Source: an uncultured Acidobacteriota bacterium (GTDB taxonomy: Bacteria; Acidobacteriota; Polarisedimenticolia; J045). Taken from it: DNA of 64,000 nt. This document shows positions 10,727-21,534 of the stretch, piece after piece. The DNA lies in NCBI GenBank assembly GCA_963702425.1, contig CAVPCQ010000018.1, positions 155,901 through 219,900 on the forward strand, given 5' to 3'. The notes below the pieces were generated by a model. The model was not told the origin of the DNA, made no database searches, and was given only the letters and a program-made list of their open reading frames with translations. The translations under genes were made by a program, and so were the position numbers. How positions within the stretch are numbered: the first letter of the stretch is position 1; every line of letters begins with the position of its first letter.

Positions 10727-12268
10727 ATGGGCTCCGATCGCGGCTGGCTCCGTCCGCTTCTGATCGCGGCGCTGGCGCTGGGCCTTGCGGCCTGCTCCCG
10801 CTGGCAGCAGGGCCTCGAACACCGTCCTCGCCTACCAGGCCCGGAAGGCCGTGGACGCGGGCGATCTCGCCCGCGCCGACGAGCTCTTCGTCCTGCTGCG
10901 CACGCGTCTGCCGCGCGATCCCTCCTACGCGGTGGCGCACGCCCAGGTGCTGGTGAAGCTCAACGACCCCGACGGCGCGCTCACGCGCTCGAGCAGGCGG
11001 CCGCGCTCGGCGAGCGCAGCGTCCGGAAGCTCGAGCAGGACGCGAGCTTCGCCGCGCTCGCGTCCGAGCCGCGCTTCGTGGCCGTCCTCGACACGGTGCG
11101 CGCCAACGCCGCCGACTTCGAGGCGAAGTATGCGGCCGCGCTGGAGCCGAGAGATCCCGGTACCGCGCCTTCTTTCCCCGATCTCGCCGCCCTGGTGGCC
11201 GCGCGCAAGCGGGCCGAAGTGGAGCTCGACACCGGCGATCGGCCCGAACCCAATGCGATCCGCCAGGCTCGCTTCCGCGAGGAATGGGTCGCCGCGCTCG
11301 CACGCCTGGCCGCGGAGAGGCGCGGTACGCCGGACGCCGAGGGGGCGCTGATCGAGATCGTCCGGATGCGGCTCGACGACTTCCCGATGATCGACCTGCA
11401 CTGGACGGCGAGTATGCGGGCGCATGTCAGCGAGGCCGCCGCGGCCTACCTCGCCGACTTCCCGCAGGGCGAGCACGCGCGCGAGGCGCGGCTCGCCCGT
11501 GCGGTCGCCGTCCTCGCCGCCATCCGCCCGCCGGACTTCGACTGGGGGAACGACGACCCGCCGCGCCCGGACTGCGCCGCCGCGTTGCCCCTTTTCGAGG
11601 AATTGGACGACGACGGCACCGCCGACAAGTGGTCCGCGGCGGCGCTCGGCCTCAAGACCCTGTGCCTCTACGAGACGCGGCCCGAGGAGACGGCCGCAAT
11701 CCGGGCCGGCGCCGCGGCCTACCTCGCGACGCCGGAGGTCTACGAGGGCAGCACCCCGTACGACTGGATGCTGCGCCGCCAACTCACGATGCTCGGCTGG
11801 CGCATCGACGGCCCGCCGCCGTTCGAGGCCGAGGGGCTCGACGGCCACACGGTCTCGCTCGCCGACTTCCGCGGGAAGGTCACGCTGCTCGACTTCTGGA
11901 GCCCCGGGTGAGCCGGCTGCGTCCAGGCGTTCCCGCGCCTCCGGAAGACCTACGACAAGCACAGGGACCGGGGGTTCGAGATCCTGGGCATCGCCTTCGT
12001 GGAAGGCGGCGAGAAGGGCCGGAAGTGGCTGCGCGGATACCTGGAGCGGAAGGAGGCGACGTGGCCGCAGGTGCTCGGGAGCCGGCCGCGGTGGTACGCG
12101 CCGCCCTTCGAGGCCTACAACGTGCGCTTCCTCCCGCTCTACCTGCTACTCGATCGCGACGGGAAGATCGTTGCAGTGAACCCCCGTGGAGGAGCGCTCG
12201 ATCGCGCCGTGGAGCGCGAGCTCTCGCGATTGACGCCCGTTTCCGCGGCCGCGAGCACATACCAGTAA
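10727..12268 (+). CDS. TPR + TlpA-family thioredoxin lipoprotein, probable selenoprotein (UGA at 11909-11911); compensating frameshifts near 10820 and 10985
   Basis: Lipobox LAAC; KVTLLDFWSPG-UGA-AGC-VQAFPRLRKTYDKHRDRGFEILGIA...LYLLLDRDGKIV continues in the same frame to 12268. Confidence 0.8.
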
Positions 12269-12369
12269 GGTCCTGCAGATAAAGTCCGTTGACGCTGCGG
12301 GTTAGTCCGGCATCTAAATCCGCCCACGTTTGGTCGACCGCCATCCCGGCGGACGACCACGGTGGGCCG

Positions 12370-14172
12370 ATGGAACCAGCCGAGTTCCTGCGCAGCCACC
12401 CCCCGTTCGATCGACTGCGTCCGGAGGACTTCCGGATCGCCGAGGAATCGCTCGAAGTCGCGTACTACCCGGGCGGCACCCCGCTGCTCGTGCGCGGCGG
12501 CGCGCGCAGCGAGCACCTCTACATGATCCGCAAGGGGGCGGTCCGGTTCGAGCGCGACGGCGCGCTGGTGCAGGAGCTCGAGGAGGGGGACCTCTTCGGC
12601 TTCCCCTCGCTGATCGCCAAGGCCGCCCCGCACGTCGACGTGGTCGCCGGCGAGGACCTGCTGGTCTACCGCATCCCTGAAGCCGCCTTCCAGCGGCTGA
12701 TGAAGCGCGAGGAGTTCTCGTCGTTCTTCCTGCAGGATCTCGCGCAGCGGCTGCGGACGGCAGCGGCGGTCGCGACGCTCCCCGCGGGGCGCGATCTCGC
12801 CGCGCCGGCCGAGGCGCTGATCACGCGCCTGCCGGTCTTCGTGCGGCCCTACGACACGGTCGAGCAGGCGGCCCGCACGATGCGCGACCTGCGCGTCAGC
12901 TCCGTGCTGGTCGAGACCGACCCGCCCGGGATCCTCACCGACCGCGACCTGCGCAGCCGCGTGCTCGCGGAAGGACGCGGCCCCGACACCCCGGTCGCGG
13001 TGGTCATGACCAAGCCGATGAAGTCTCTCCCCGCGAGCTCGACCCAGCTCGAGGTGCTGGTCTTCATGCTCGAGCACCGGGTGCACCACGTGCCGCTGCT
13101 CGACGGCGGGAAGATCGTCGGGATGGTCACCGACACCGATCTCCTGCGCCGGCAGGCCAACAGCCCGACCTCGCTCCTGTCCGGGATCGAGAAGCTGGCC
13201 CAGGCCGAGTCGCTGGCGAACTACGCGACGGAGCTGTCGGGGGTGATCGAGAACCTGGCGTGGGGCGGCCTCGAGGCGGCGGAGATCGGGCGGATCGTCT
13301 CGCGCCTCAACGACGCGCTGATCGCGCGCCTGCTGCGGATCGCCGAGGCCCAGCTCGGCCGGCCGCCCTGCCCGTACGCCTTCATCGTCTTCGGGTCGGA
13401 AGGCCGGATGGAGCAGGCCCTCCTGACCGACCAGGACAACGCGCTCGTCTACCGCGACGACACGCCGGAGGCGAAGGCCTACTTCGGGAAGCTGGCGCAG
13501 AGCGTGGTGGACGGGCTGATCGCGGCCTCGTTCCCGCCCTGCAAGGGCGGCTTCATGGCCACGAACTGGCACCGGCCGCTCGCCGAATGGGAGCGGCTGT
13601 TCCGCGGCTGGATGCAGACGCCCGAGCCGCGTGCGCTGATCGAGGCGGCGAACTTCTTCGACTTCCGCGCCGTCGGCGGCACGCTGTCGGTCGGCCCGCT
13701 CAACGAGATTCTCTACCTGGCGGGGCGGGAGCGGATCTTCCTGGCCCACCTCGCGCGCGCCTCGCTGATGTTCGAGCCGCCGCTCGGCCTGTTCCGCCAG
13801 GTCAAGGAGGAGGAGGACGGGGTCGACCTCAAGCGCGGCGGGATCATCCCGATCGTCTCGCTCGCGCGCCTGCACGCGCTGGAGGCGGGGGTGCAGGCGC
13901 GGCCCACGCTGGAGCGCCTGCCGGCGGCGGCGGCGGCCGGCGGATTGAGCAAGGAGGGGGCGGAGACGCTGGCGGAGGCGTTCCGCTTCCTGCTGCGGAT
14001 CCGGCTCCGGGCCCAGCTCAAGGCGACCCGTGCCGGCCAGCCCCCGGGCAACTGCGTCCAGCTCGAGGACCTCTCGCCGCTCGAGCGGACCCACCTGAAA
14101 GAGACCTTCGTCGCGATCCGCGAGCACCAGCAGGCGACCGCCTTGAACTACGCCGTCTCGAGGATCTCCTGA
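12370..14172 (+). CDS. cNMP-CBS-CBS-DUF294 nucleotidyltransferase-like protein
   Basis: GILTDRDL (CBS); FGSEGRMEQALLTDQDNAL, CKGGFMATN, FFDFR, VDLKRGG. Confidence 0.9.
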   Translation: MEPAEFLRSHPPFDRLRPEDFRIAEESLEVAYYPGGTPLLVRGGARSEHLYMIRKGAVRFERDGALVQELEEGDLFGFPSLIAKAAPHVDVVAGEDLLVYRIPEAAFQRLMKREEFSSFFLQDLAQRLRTAAAVATLPAGRDLAAPAEALITRLPVFVRPYDTVEQAARTMRDLRVSSVLVETDPPGILTDRDLRSRVLAEGRGPDTPVAVVMTKPMKSLPASSTQLEVLVFMLEHRVHHVPLLDGGKIVGMVTDTDLLRRQANSPTSLLSGIEKLAQAESLANYATELSGVIENLAWGGLEAAEIGRIVSRLNDALIARLLRIAEAQLGRPPCPYAFIVFGSEGRMEQALLTDQDNALVYRDDTPEAKAYFGKLAQSVVDGLIAASFPPCKGGFMATNWHRPLAEWERLFRGWMQTPEPRALIEAANFFDFRAVGGTLSVGPLNEILYLAGRERIFLAHLARASLMFEPPLGLFRQVKEEEDGVDLKRGGIIPIVSLARLHALEAGVQARPTLERLPAAAAAGGLSKEGAETLAEAFRFLLRIRLRAQLKATRAGQPPGNCVQLEDLSPLERTHLKETFVAIREHQQATALNYAVSRIS

Positions 14173-14768
14173 TGTTCTGGCGCTCGCCGGCGTGGGACGA
14201 GGTGACCTACGTCGCGCTCGACCTCGAGACCTCGGGCCTGCGCCCGAAGTTCGACGAGATCATCGCGGTGGCGACCGTCCCGATCCGCGCCGGCGTGATC
14301 CACTACGGCGAGCGCTTCTACAGCCTCGTCCGCCCGCCGGACCTCCCGTCGCTTCCGGCCGACGGAATCGGTGCGCATCACATCCTGCCCTCGGAGCTGG
14401 CCGACGCCCCGGCGCTGGCCGACCTGCTCCCCGAGATCGACCGCCGCCTGCGCGAGGGGGTCCTGCTCCTGCACTTCTCGCACCTCGACCTGGGCTTCCT
14501 CAAGGACGCGTACAAGCGCGCGCGGCGGGACTGGCCGAAACCTCAGGTCGTGGACACCGTCAAGCTGCTGCTGGAGCTCTCGCATCGCAAGCAGCGATTC
14601 TCCCCCCATCCCGTCCCACCGCGGACCGCGCTGCCCGTGGCCCGCCTCGAGCTGGGACTTCCATCGTACCGCCACCACCACGCGCTCTCGGACGCGCTGG
14701 CGACGGCGGAGCTGTTCCTCGCGCTGCGCGCGCGGTTGGGAGCGCGCACGCTCCGCGAGTTGTGTTGA
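14172..14768 (+). CDS. DnaQ-like 3'-5' exonuclease
   Basis: VALDLETSGL, DLGFL, VVDT, HHALSDALATA (DEDDh); ATG overlaps upstream stop. Confidence 0.85.
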   Translation: MFWRSPAWDEVTYVALDLETSGLRPKFDEIIAVATVPIRAGVIHYGERFYSLVRPPDLPSLPADGIGAHHILPSELADAPALADLLPEIDRRLREGVLLLHFSHLDLGFLKDAYKRARRDWPKPQVVDTVKLLLELSHRKQRFSPHPVPPRTALPVARLELGLPSYRHHHALSDALATAELFLALRARLGARTLRELC

Positions 14769-14800
14769 GGCAAGCGAACCGGAGGGAAAAGGAGGAGCCC

Positions 14801-15106
14801 GTGGGAAAGAGCGTGAGTCAGATCCTGGAGTCGGCACCGTTCAAGGAACTCGTGCGCAAGAAGTGGAGCATCTCGATCATCCTGACGATCCTGCTCTTCA
14901 TCGTGTACTACGGCTACATCCTCCTGATCGGGTACAACAAGCCGCTCATGGCGGGAAAGATCGGGACCGGCGCGACGACGCTGGGCATTCCCCTCGGCGT
15001 GCTGACGATCCTCGGCGCGTGGGTGCTCACCGCGATCTACGTCGTGTGGGCGAACAGGGTCTACGATCCCGAAGTGAAGCGCCTTCGGGACGAACTCCAC
15101 AAGTAG
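14801..15106 (+). CDS. DUF485 (YjcH-like) membrane protein
   Basis: GGAGG RBS then GTG; two TM helices; FKELVRKK...YVVWANRVYD; directly upstream of actP. Confidence 0.85.
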   Translation: MGKSVSQILESAPFKELVRKKWSISIILTILLFIVYYGYILLIGYNKPLMAGKIGTGATTLGIPLGVLTILGAWVLTAIYVVWANRVYDPEVKRLRDELHK

Positions 15107-15121
15107 GCCGGGGAGGAGACC

Positions 15122-16707
15122 ATGCAGAATCCAGCCGCTCCCGCCGTGCAGGCCGCCGCCGACGCCGCGACGAGCTCGCTCGGAACGCCGACCGCCTCCG
15201 CGATGATCTTCTTCTTCATCATCGTCGGCCTGACCCTCGCCATCACCTACTGGGCCGCCAAACGCACCAAGTCGACCAAGGAGTTCTACGCCGCCAACCG
15301 CAGCGTCAGCGCCTTCCAGAACGGCCTCGCGCTCGCCGGCGACTACATGAGCGCGGCGTCGTTCCTGGGGATCGCCGGGATGGTGGCCCTCAAGGGCTAT
15401 GACGGCATGATCTACGCCACCGGCTGGCTCGTCGGCTGGCCGGCGCTGATGTTCCTGATCGCGGAACCGCTGCGCAATCTCGGCAAGTACACTTTCGCCG
15501 ACGTCGTCGCATTCCGCCTGCGCCAGGGGCCCGTTCGCATCGCCTCGGCGATCGGCGGCATCCTGACGGTGATCGCCTACACGATCGCCCAGATGGTCGG
15601 CGCCGGGAACCTGATCGCGCTGATGTTCGGCATCGATTACAAGCTGGCGGTGCTCGGCGTCGGCGCGGTCATGCTGCTCTACGTGCTCTTCGGCGGGATG
15701 CTCGCGACGACCTGGGTCCAGATCATCAAGGCCGTCCTGCTGCTCTGCGGCGTGACCTTCCTGATGCTCCTGGCGATGTCGCACTTCCACTTCAGCCCGG
15801 GCGCGCTCTATCAGGCGGTCGCCGGACAAGGTCGGGCAGCCGGCGCTGGAGCCGGGCGGCCTCGTCACCAACCCGCTCGACGCGATCTCGCTGGGGCTGG
15901 CCCTGATGTTCGGCCTGCTCGGCCTGCCGCACATCCTGATGCGCTTCTACACCGTGCCGGACGCCAAGGCCGCTCGCACCTCGGTGCTCTACGCGACCGG
16001 GTTCATCGGCTACTTCTACATCATCATCCCGCTCGTCGGCTTCTCGGCGTCGGTGCTGGTCGGCCGCGACGTCATCTCGAAGTACGACAAGGGCGGGAAC
16101 ATGGCCGCGCCCCTCCTGGCCGAGCAGCTGGGCGGCACGCCGTTCCTCGGGTTCATCGCCGCGGTGGCGTTCGCCACGATCCTGGCGGTGGTGGCCGGCC
16201 TGACGCTGGCCGGCGCCTCGGCCTACTCGCACGACATCTACGTCTCGGTGATCAAGAAGGGCAAGGCGACCGAGCAGCAGCAGGTCAGCGCGGCCAAGCT
16301 CGCGACGGTCGTTTTCGGGGTCGTCGCCGTGTTGCTGGGGATGGCCTTCCGAGGGCCAGAACGTCGCGTTCATGGTGGGCCTGGCGTTCGCCATCGCCTG
16401 CAGCGCCAACTTCCCCGCGCTGCTGCTCTCGATCGTGTGGAAGAAGTTCACGACCCAGGGCGCGTTCTGGTCGATCCTGACCGGCGCGTTCCTGGCGGTG
16501 ACGCTGATCATCCTCAGCCCCACCGTCTGGGTCGAGGTCTTCAAGAACAAGGAAGCGATCTTCCCGCTCAAGAACCCGGCGATCGTCTCGATGACCGCCT
16601 CGTTCATCGTCGCCATCGTCGTCTCGTTGATGACGAAGGAGACGACCGCGGAGGAGATGTTCGAGGACGAGAAGCTCCGCGCCTACCTGGGCGTTGGAGC
16701 GGAATGA
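15122..16707 (+). CDS. actP: Cation/acetate symporter (SSS family); frameshifts near 15830 and 16350
   Basis: [49 protein letters not shown]. Confidence 0.85.
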
Positions 16708-16719
16708 CGCAAGATCGCT

Positions 16720-16750
16720 GCGGGGGCGCGCGCGAAGCGTGCGCCCCCGC
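16720..16750 (+). terminator. GC-rich hairpin after actP
   Basis: GCGGGGGCGCGCGC-gaa-GCGTGCGCCCCCGC; no clear U-tract. Confidence 0.45.
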
Positions 16751-16812
16751 ACCCTTCCCGTAGGGGCCGGCCTCTGTGCCGGCCCGGAGGGTCTACACCG
16801 AGGGAGGTCTCG

Positions 16813-18303
16813 TTGCACCCTCGCGCGATCGTCCTCACCGGCGCCTCGGGCTTCATCGGCCGCCATTTCCTCGAGGCGGTCCAGGGACAGTACCCGGTCT
16901 TCGCGATCGCCCGCCGCTCCCAGGCCCAGTGCGGCGCGCCGGTGCACCCCGCGATCCGCTGGATCCAGCTCGACCTGACCCGCGAGGCCGACACGCTCGA
17001 CGTGTTCCGGCGCATCGAGGCGGCCGGCGGTGCGGAGGCGGTGCTGCACCTCGCCGGCTACTACGACTTCACCGGCCGCGAGAGTCCCCACTACGGGAAC
17101 GTCAACGTGGATGGGACGCGCCACGTGCTCGAAGGGGCGCGGCTCGCGGGGATCCCGCGCTTCGTCTTCGCCAGCTCGGTCGCCGCCTGCCAGTTTCCGC
17201 GGCCCGGGAGCGCGCTCACCGAGACCTCGCCTCCCGACGGCGACACCCCCTACGCGGCGAGCAAGCGCGCGGCGGAGCAGCTCGTCGCGGCCCGCGCCGC
17301 GGACTTCCGCACCGGGATCGTGCGCCTCGCGGCGGTCTTCTCCGACTGGTGCGAGTACGAACCGCTGTTCCGTTTCGTCGAGACCTGGCTCTCGCCGTCG
17401 GCGATGCACGCGCTGCTCGCCGGATGCGGACTGTCCGCCGTCCCCTACCTCCACCTGCGCGACACCGTCGACTTCTTCCGCCGGCTGGTGCTGCGGCTCG
17501 ACCATCTCCAGCACGACATCCTCCTCGCCAGCCCCGACGGCTCCACGCCGCACCGTGACCTGTACGATGCCGCCACTGCCGCGCACTACGGACAGCGCCG
17601 CCCGGCGATCTACCTGCCGAAGCCGGTCTGCTGCGCCGGGATCGCCCTGCGTCACGCCTTGGGCCGCGCGCTGGGGTCGCCTCCCTTCGAGCGCCCCTGG
17701 ATGGGCCGGATGATCGACAAGCAGCTCGCGGTCGACGCCGGCGACACGCGGGCGTGGCTCGGCTGGGCGCCGCGTGCGCGGCTGGCGGTCACGCGGCGGA
17801 TCCCGTTCCTGGTGCAGAACCGCAAGTCGCACCCGACCGAGTGGCACCGCCGGAACCACGCCGCGCTGCGGCGCGAGCGACTGCACGAGAACCTCCAGAT
17901 CCACCGCATCCTGGAGGAGCGCGCCACGGACCTCGTCGAGCGCGTCGACCGCTACCTGCTCGACCCCGCCCGGTCCCGGAACTTCCGCGACTTTCACCGC
18001 GTCGCGCCCGGGCAGCAGGCCGCGCTGCACCGCGAGTTGTTCGAGGGGCTGCTGGAGTCGCTGCGGCTCGCCGACAAGGGGGTCTTCGTCGTCGCCAGCC
18101 GGTCGTACGCGGAGCGACGGCGCGAACACGGGTTCACGGAGACCGAGGTGCGTGACGCCCTCACGGCGCTGGAGGAGTTCTGCCGCGAGGCGGTCGCGTC
18201 ACACGGCAGCGGACCGGCGTGGCGCGACGCGATCCGCGACCACGTCGACATGACGGTCCGCTTCGGAATCGACGCGGTCGAGGAGGTGTTCGAGGCACCG
18301 TAG
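16813..18303 (+). CDS. NAD-dependent epimerase/dehydratase (extended SDR) with helical C-terminal extension
   Basis: LTGASGFIG, HLAG, FASS, YAASK; about 130 aa extra tail. Confidence 0.8.
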   Translation: MHPRAIVLTGASGFIGRHFLEAVQGQYPVFAIARRSQAQCGAPVHPAIRWIQLDLTREADTLDVFRRIEAAGGAEAVLHLAGYYDFTGRESPHYGNVNVDGTRHVLEGARLAGIPRFVFASSVAACQFPRPGSALTETSPPDGDTPYAASKRAAEQLVAARAADFRTGIVRLAAVFSDWCEYEPLFRFVETWLSPSAMHALLAGCGLSAVPYLHLRDTVDFFRRLVLRLDHLQHDILLASPDGSTPHRDLYDAATAAHYGQRRPAIYLPKPVCCAGIALRHALGRALGSPPFERPWMGRMIDKQLAVDAGDTRAWLGWAPRARLAVTRRIPFLVQNRKSHPTEWHRRNHAALRRERLHENLQIHRILEERATDLVERVDRYLLDPARSRNFRDFHRVAPGQQAALHRELFEGLLESLRLADKGVFVVASRSYAERRREHGFTETEVRDALTALEEFCREAVASHGSGPAWRDAIRDHVDMTVRFGIDAVEEVFEAP

Positions 18304-18309
18304 GTGACG

Positions 18310-20152
18310 CTACTCCGCGCCCTCGACCGACCCCTCCGGCGGATACGGCAGCGTCCCCTCGAAGGCCCGGATCTCCCCGTCCGTGAAGTCCGGGAACGGC
18401 AGCTCCCCCTGCTTGCGCCAGGCCTCGACCTGAGCCTCCGCGGCGCGAGTCCGCCCGGCATCGACTCCGCCGTCGCGGCCGAAGTACAACGTCTGCGACG
18501 GGAAGGCGAACCCGCTCCCCGAGCCGTGCACGACGTCGATCAGCCGCAGCAGGACGTCCTCGCGCACGGCGGCGAAGGTCGGGAAGTCGGTCGTCTTCAC
18601 GAAGCAGAAGACCTCGACGTCCAGCGACGACGGTCCGAAGCCGATGAGCCGCACCCGCGCCTGATCGCCGTGGATCATCGCGTGGGAGAGGATCAGCTTG
18701 CGGATCTCGACCAGCAGCCAGCGCAGCTGGTCGGGGGTGGTCTCGTAGCGCAGATTGAGGACCTGGTAGAGCCGGATCCGGTCGCGCGCGCCGAAGTTCT
18801 CCAGGAACTCGGTCGAGAACTGGGAATTGGGGACGGCGACGACGGTCCGGTCGACGGTGCGCAGGCGGGTCGAGCGCAGGCCGATGTCCTCGACCGTTCC
18901 CTGGAACGCGCCGACCTTGCAGAAGTCGCCGACGCGCACGGGCTGATCGAGGATCACGGAGACGCCGCCGAAGAGGTTCTCGATCGTCTTCTGAGCCGCG
19001 AAAGCGACCGCCAGGCCGGCGACCCCCGCGCCGGCGAGCAAGGCGGTCACGTTGAAGCCGTAGTTCTGGGCGATGAGGGTGCCGGCCAGCAGCAGCAGCG
19101 CGACCTTCGCGCCGCGCCGCAGCATCGGCACGAGGCTGAGCATCCCGCGGTTCCCTTCCGCCCGGTAGCGCTCCTCGGCGTGGGCCGAGAGGATGTCCGC
19201 CAGCCGCAACAGGAACCAGACGAAAGCCACCACGGCGAGCAGGCCGAGCACGAAGCTCACCCGCCGCTCTGCGATCACCGACAGGTGCAGATGTCGGCTG
19301 CCGAGCCGGAAGAGCAACAGCGCGAGGTAGAGCCGGAACGGCGGCCCGAAGGCCAGCGAGCACGTCGTCGTCGAGCCGGCTGTCGGAGAGCGCGACGAGG
19401 CGCTTCAGCGGCGAGCGCAGCGCCAGCGCGATGAACCGGGCGGCAAGCCACGCGGCCGCGGCGAGCACGATCATCCCAAGCCATTGCCACGGGGTCGAGT
19501 TGAGGATGCGCGTCGTGAGCATGAACTCCGGCAGCAGTCGATCCATCCAGGGGTAGCCGTGCTCTTCGTAGAGGGCGTCGATCACGGCGACGGTCGGTGC
19601 CGCGATCAGCCACTTCGGGTCGGGATCGTCGCTGCGCCGCTCGACCAGCACCCGGGCCTCCGACCCCTGGAGCGGCACGTTGCCGACGAGGTCGTCCGCT
19701 TCCGGCTGTCCGTCGTCCGTCGCGCCGCCCGGATCGTCGCTGAGCGCCTCGGGATCGATCCAGAGGTAGCGGTCGAGGACGAACTTCAGCCGGCGCGCCA
19801 GCACCGGTCCCTGCGCGGCGCGGGTCTCGGCCGGCAGCTCGGCGAGGTCGAGGAACTGCGCCGCACGGGTGTAGTCGCCGGCGCGCGCCGCGGCCAGGAA
19901 GCCGACCATCGCCCGGCGCGGGGTGGTGCGGTCGTGCGGGTCGAACCGGTAGGCGGACAGGCGCTTCAGCTCGAGCTGCCCGATCCCCGGTGCGGCGGCA
20001 GCGGAACCGTCAGCCGCCGGCTCGGCGGCGTTGGCGCCGGCCGGCCGGAGGAGGGGGATCCCGGGGATCTGGCCCCGCGCACCGCCCGTCGCCGCCAGGC
20101 CCAGGCAGAGCACGAAGAGCGGGTGGGAAAGGCGACGATGCGCGCGGAACAT
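18310..20152 (-). CDS. Mechanosensitive channel MscS family with periplasmic N-domain (frameshift near 19340)
   Basis: GLAVAFAAQKTIENLFGG, DQPVRVGD, GTVEDIGLRSTRLRT, FAFPSQT. Confidence 0.9.
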
Positions 20153-20336
20153 GGGCGAATCTCCTCGGGCCCCGGTGCGCCGGGCGACCGGATTCTGGGC
20201 CAGCCGGCGCGGCTGGGCCAAGCGCGCCTCCCGCGGCCCCAGACCCGGCGGGAAGGGCAGGAGAGAGCCGCCCGAAACAAGAAACTTTCGTTGAACGACG
20301 TGCGCAATGTTCAATTACACCCTACATTACTTGCTG

Positions 20337-20564
20337 ATGACTCAGCTCACGCTCAACTTGGACGACGACCTGCTGGATGGGCTGATCGACCTCGCCGCCA
20401 CGGTAGGGATCGCCCTCGAAACGCTCGTACCGACGATCCTCCGTCACAGCCTCGTCGGTGAGGAGGAGCCGCCGGCCTGCGACCTGACCCTCGCCGGCTG
20501 GTTCGAGCGCGAGGCGGCGGACGCCGACCTCACGGGCTCGCTGCCGCTGTTCGGCCGTTCCTAG
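20337..20564 (+). CDS. Small hypothetical protein, possibly ribbon-helix-helix
   Basis: MTQLTLNLDDDLLDGLIDLA has an alternating beta-strand then helix pattern; AT-rich upstream region. Confidence 0.4.
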   Translation: MTQLTLNLDDDLLDGLIDLAATVGIALETLVPTILRHSLVGEEEPPACDLTLAGWFEREAADADLTGSLPLFGRS

Positions 20565-20669
20565 TCCGGCGGCCCCCGCCGCCCCCTTCCGGGATTAGCA
20601 TCTGCCGGCCAGGCTGCGGCCGACACCGGCCGCGGGGCCGTTCCCCGGCCCCCGATCCGCGAGGACCCC

Positions 20670-21534
20670 GTGAGAGGACCACATCCGCAGGTCACACGCG
20701 CCCCGCGGCGCCGTGGGCGGCCCCTCGCCGCCCAAGCCGACCGCTACGCGCTCTACCAGAGGTCGGTCCAGAGCCCCGATTTCGACATCGCCCTGATGAG
20801 CCGAATCTACCGCGCCCACAACGGCCGCCTGCCGCTGCTGCTGCGCGAGGATTTCTGCGGTGCTGCGGCGCTGGCCTGCGCCTGGGCCGGGTCGCGGCGC
20901 GATCGCCGGGCCTACGGGATCGACCTCGACCCCGAGCCGCTGGCCTGGGGCGCGCACCACAACTGGCAGGCCCTTCCCGAGGAGACGCGCCGCCGGGTGC
21001 AGCTCGTGCAGGGCGATGTGCGCACCGCGCGGACGCCCCGCGCCGACGTGATTGCCGCGCACAACTTCTCGTACTTCATCTTCCGCGAGCGGGAGCCGCT
21101 GCGAGACTACTTCCGGTCCGCGCGGCGGCAGCTCGCGGAGGGTGGGCTGCTCATGCTCGATGCTCTCGGCGGCTCCGACACCCAGACCGAGGACCGCAAA
21201 GAGGTCCGCCGCATCGGCGGCGGGGTGCGGTACCTCTGGGAGCAGAAACGCTACGACCCGATCTCCAACCGGGCCCTGTTCGCGATCCACTTCGCGCTTC
21301 AAGGATGGCAGTCTGCTGAAGGACGCCTTCACCTACGACTGGCGGATGTGGACGATCCCCGAGTTGCGCGAGCTGCTGGCCGAGGCGGGCTTCGCTTTCA
21401 GCGAGGTCTACTGGGAGGACACGGAGTCCGAGACCGGCGAGGGGAGCGGGGTCTTCCGCCGCCGGGAACGCGCCGGGGCCGAGGCCTGCTGGATGGCGGT
21501 GATCGCGGCGGGGGCCCGGCCGCCGGCGCGCTAG
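20670..21534 (+). CDS. Class I SAM-dependent methyltransferase (frameshift near 21298)
   Basis: LYQRSVQSP, LREDFCGAA, GIDLDPEPL, NFSYFIF, FTYDWRMWTIPE. Confidence 0.8.
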
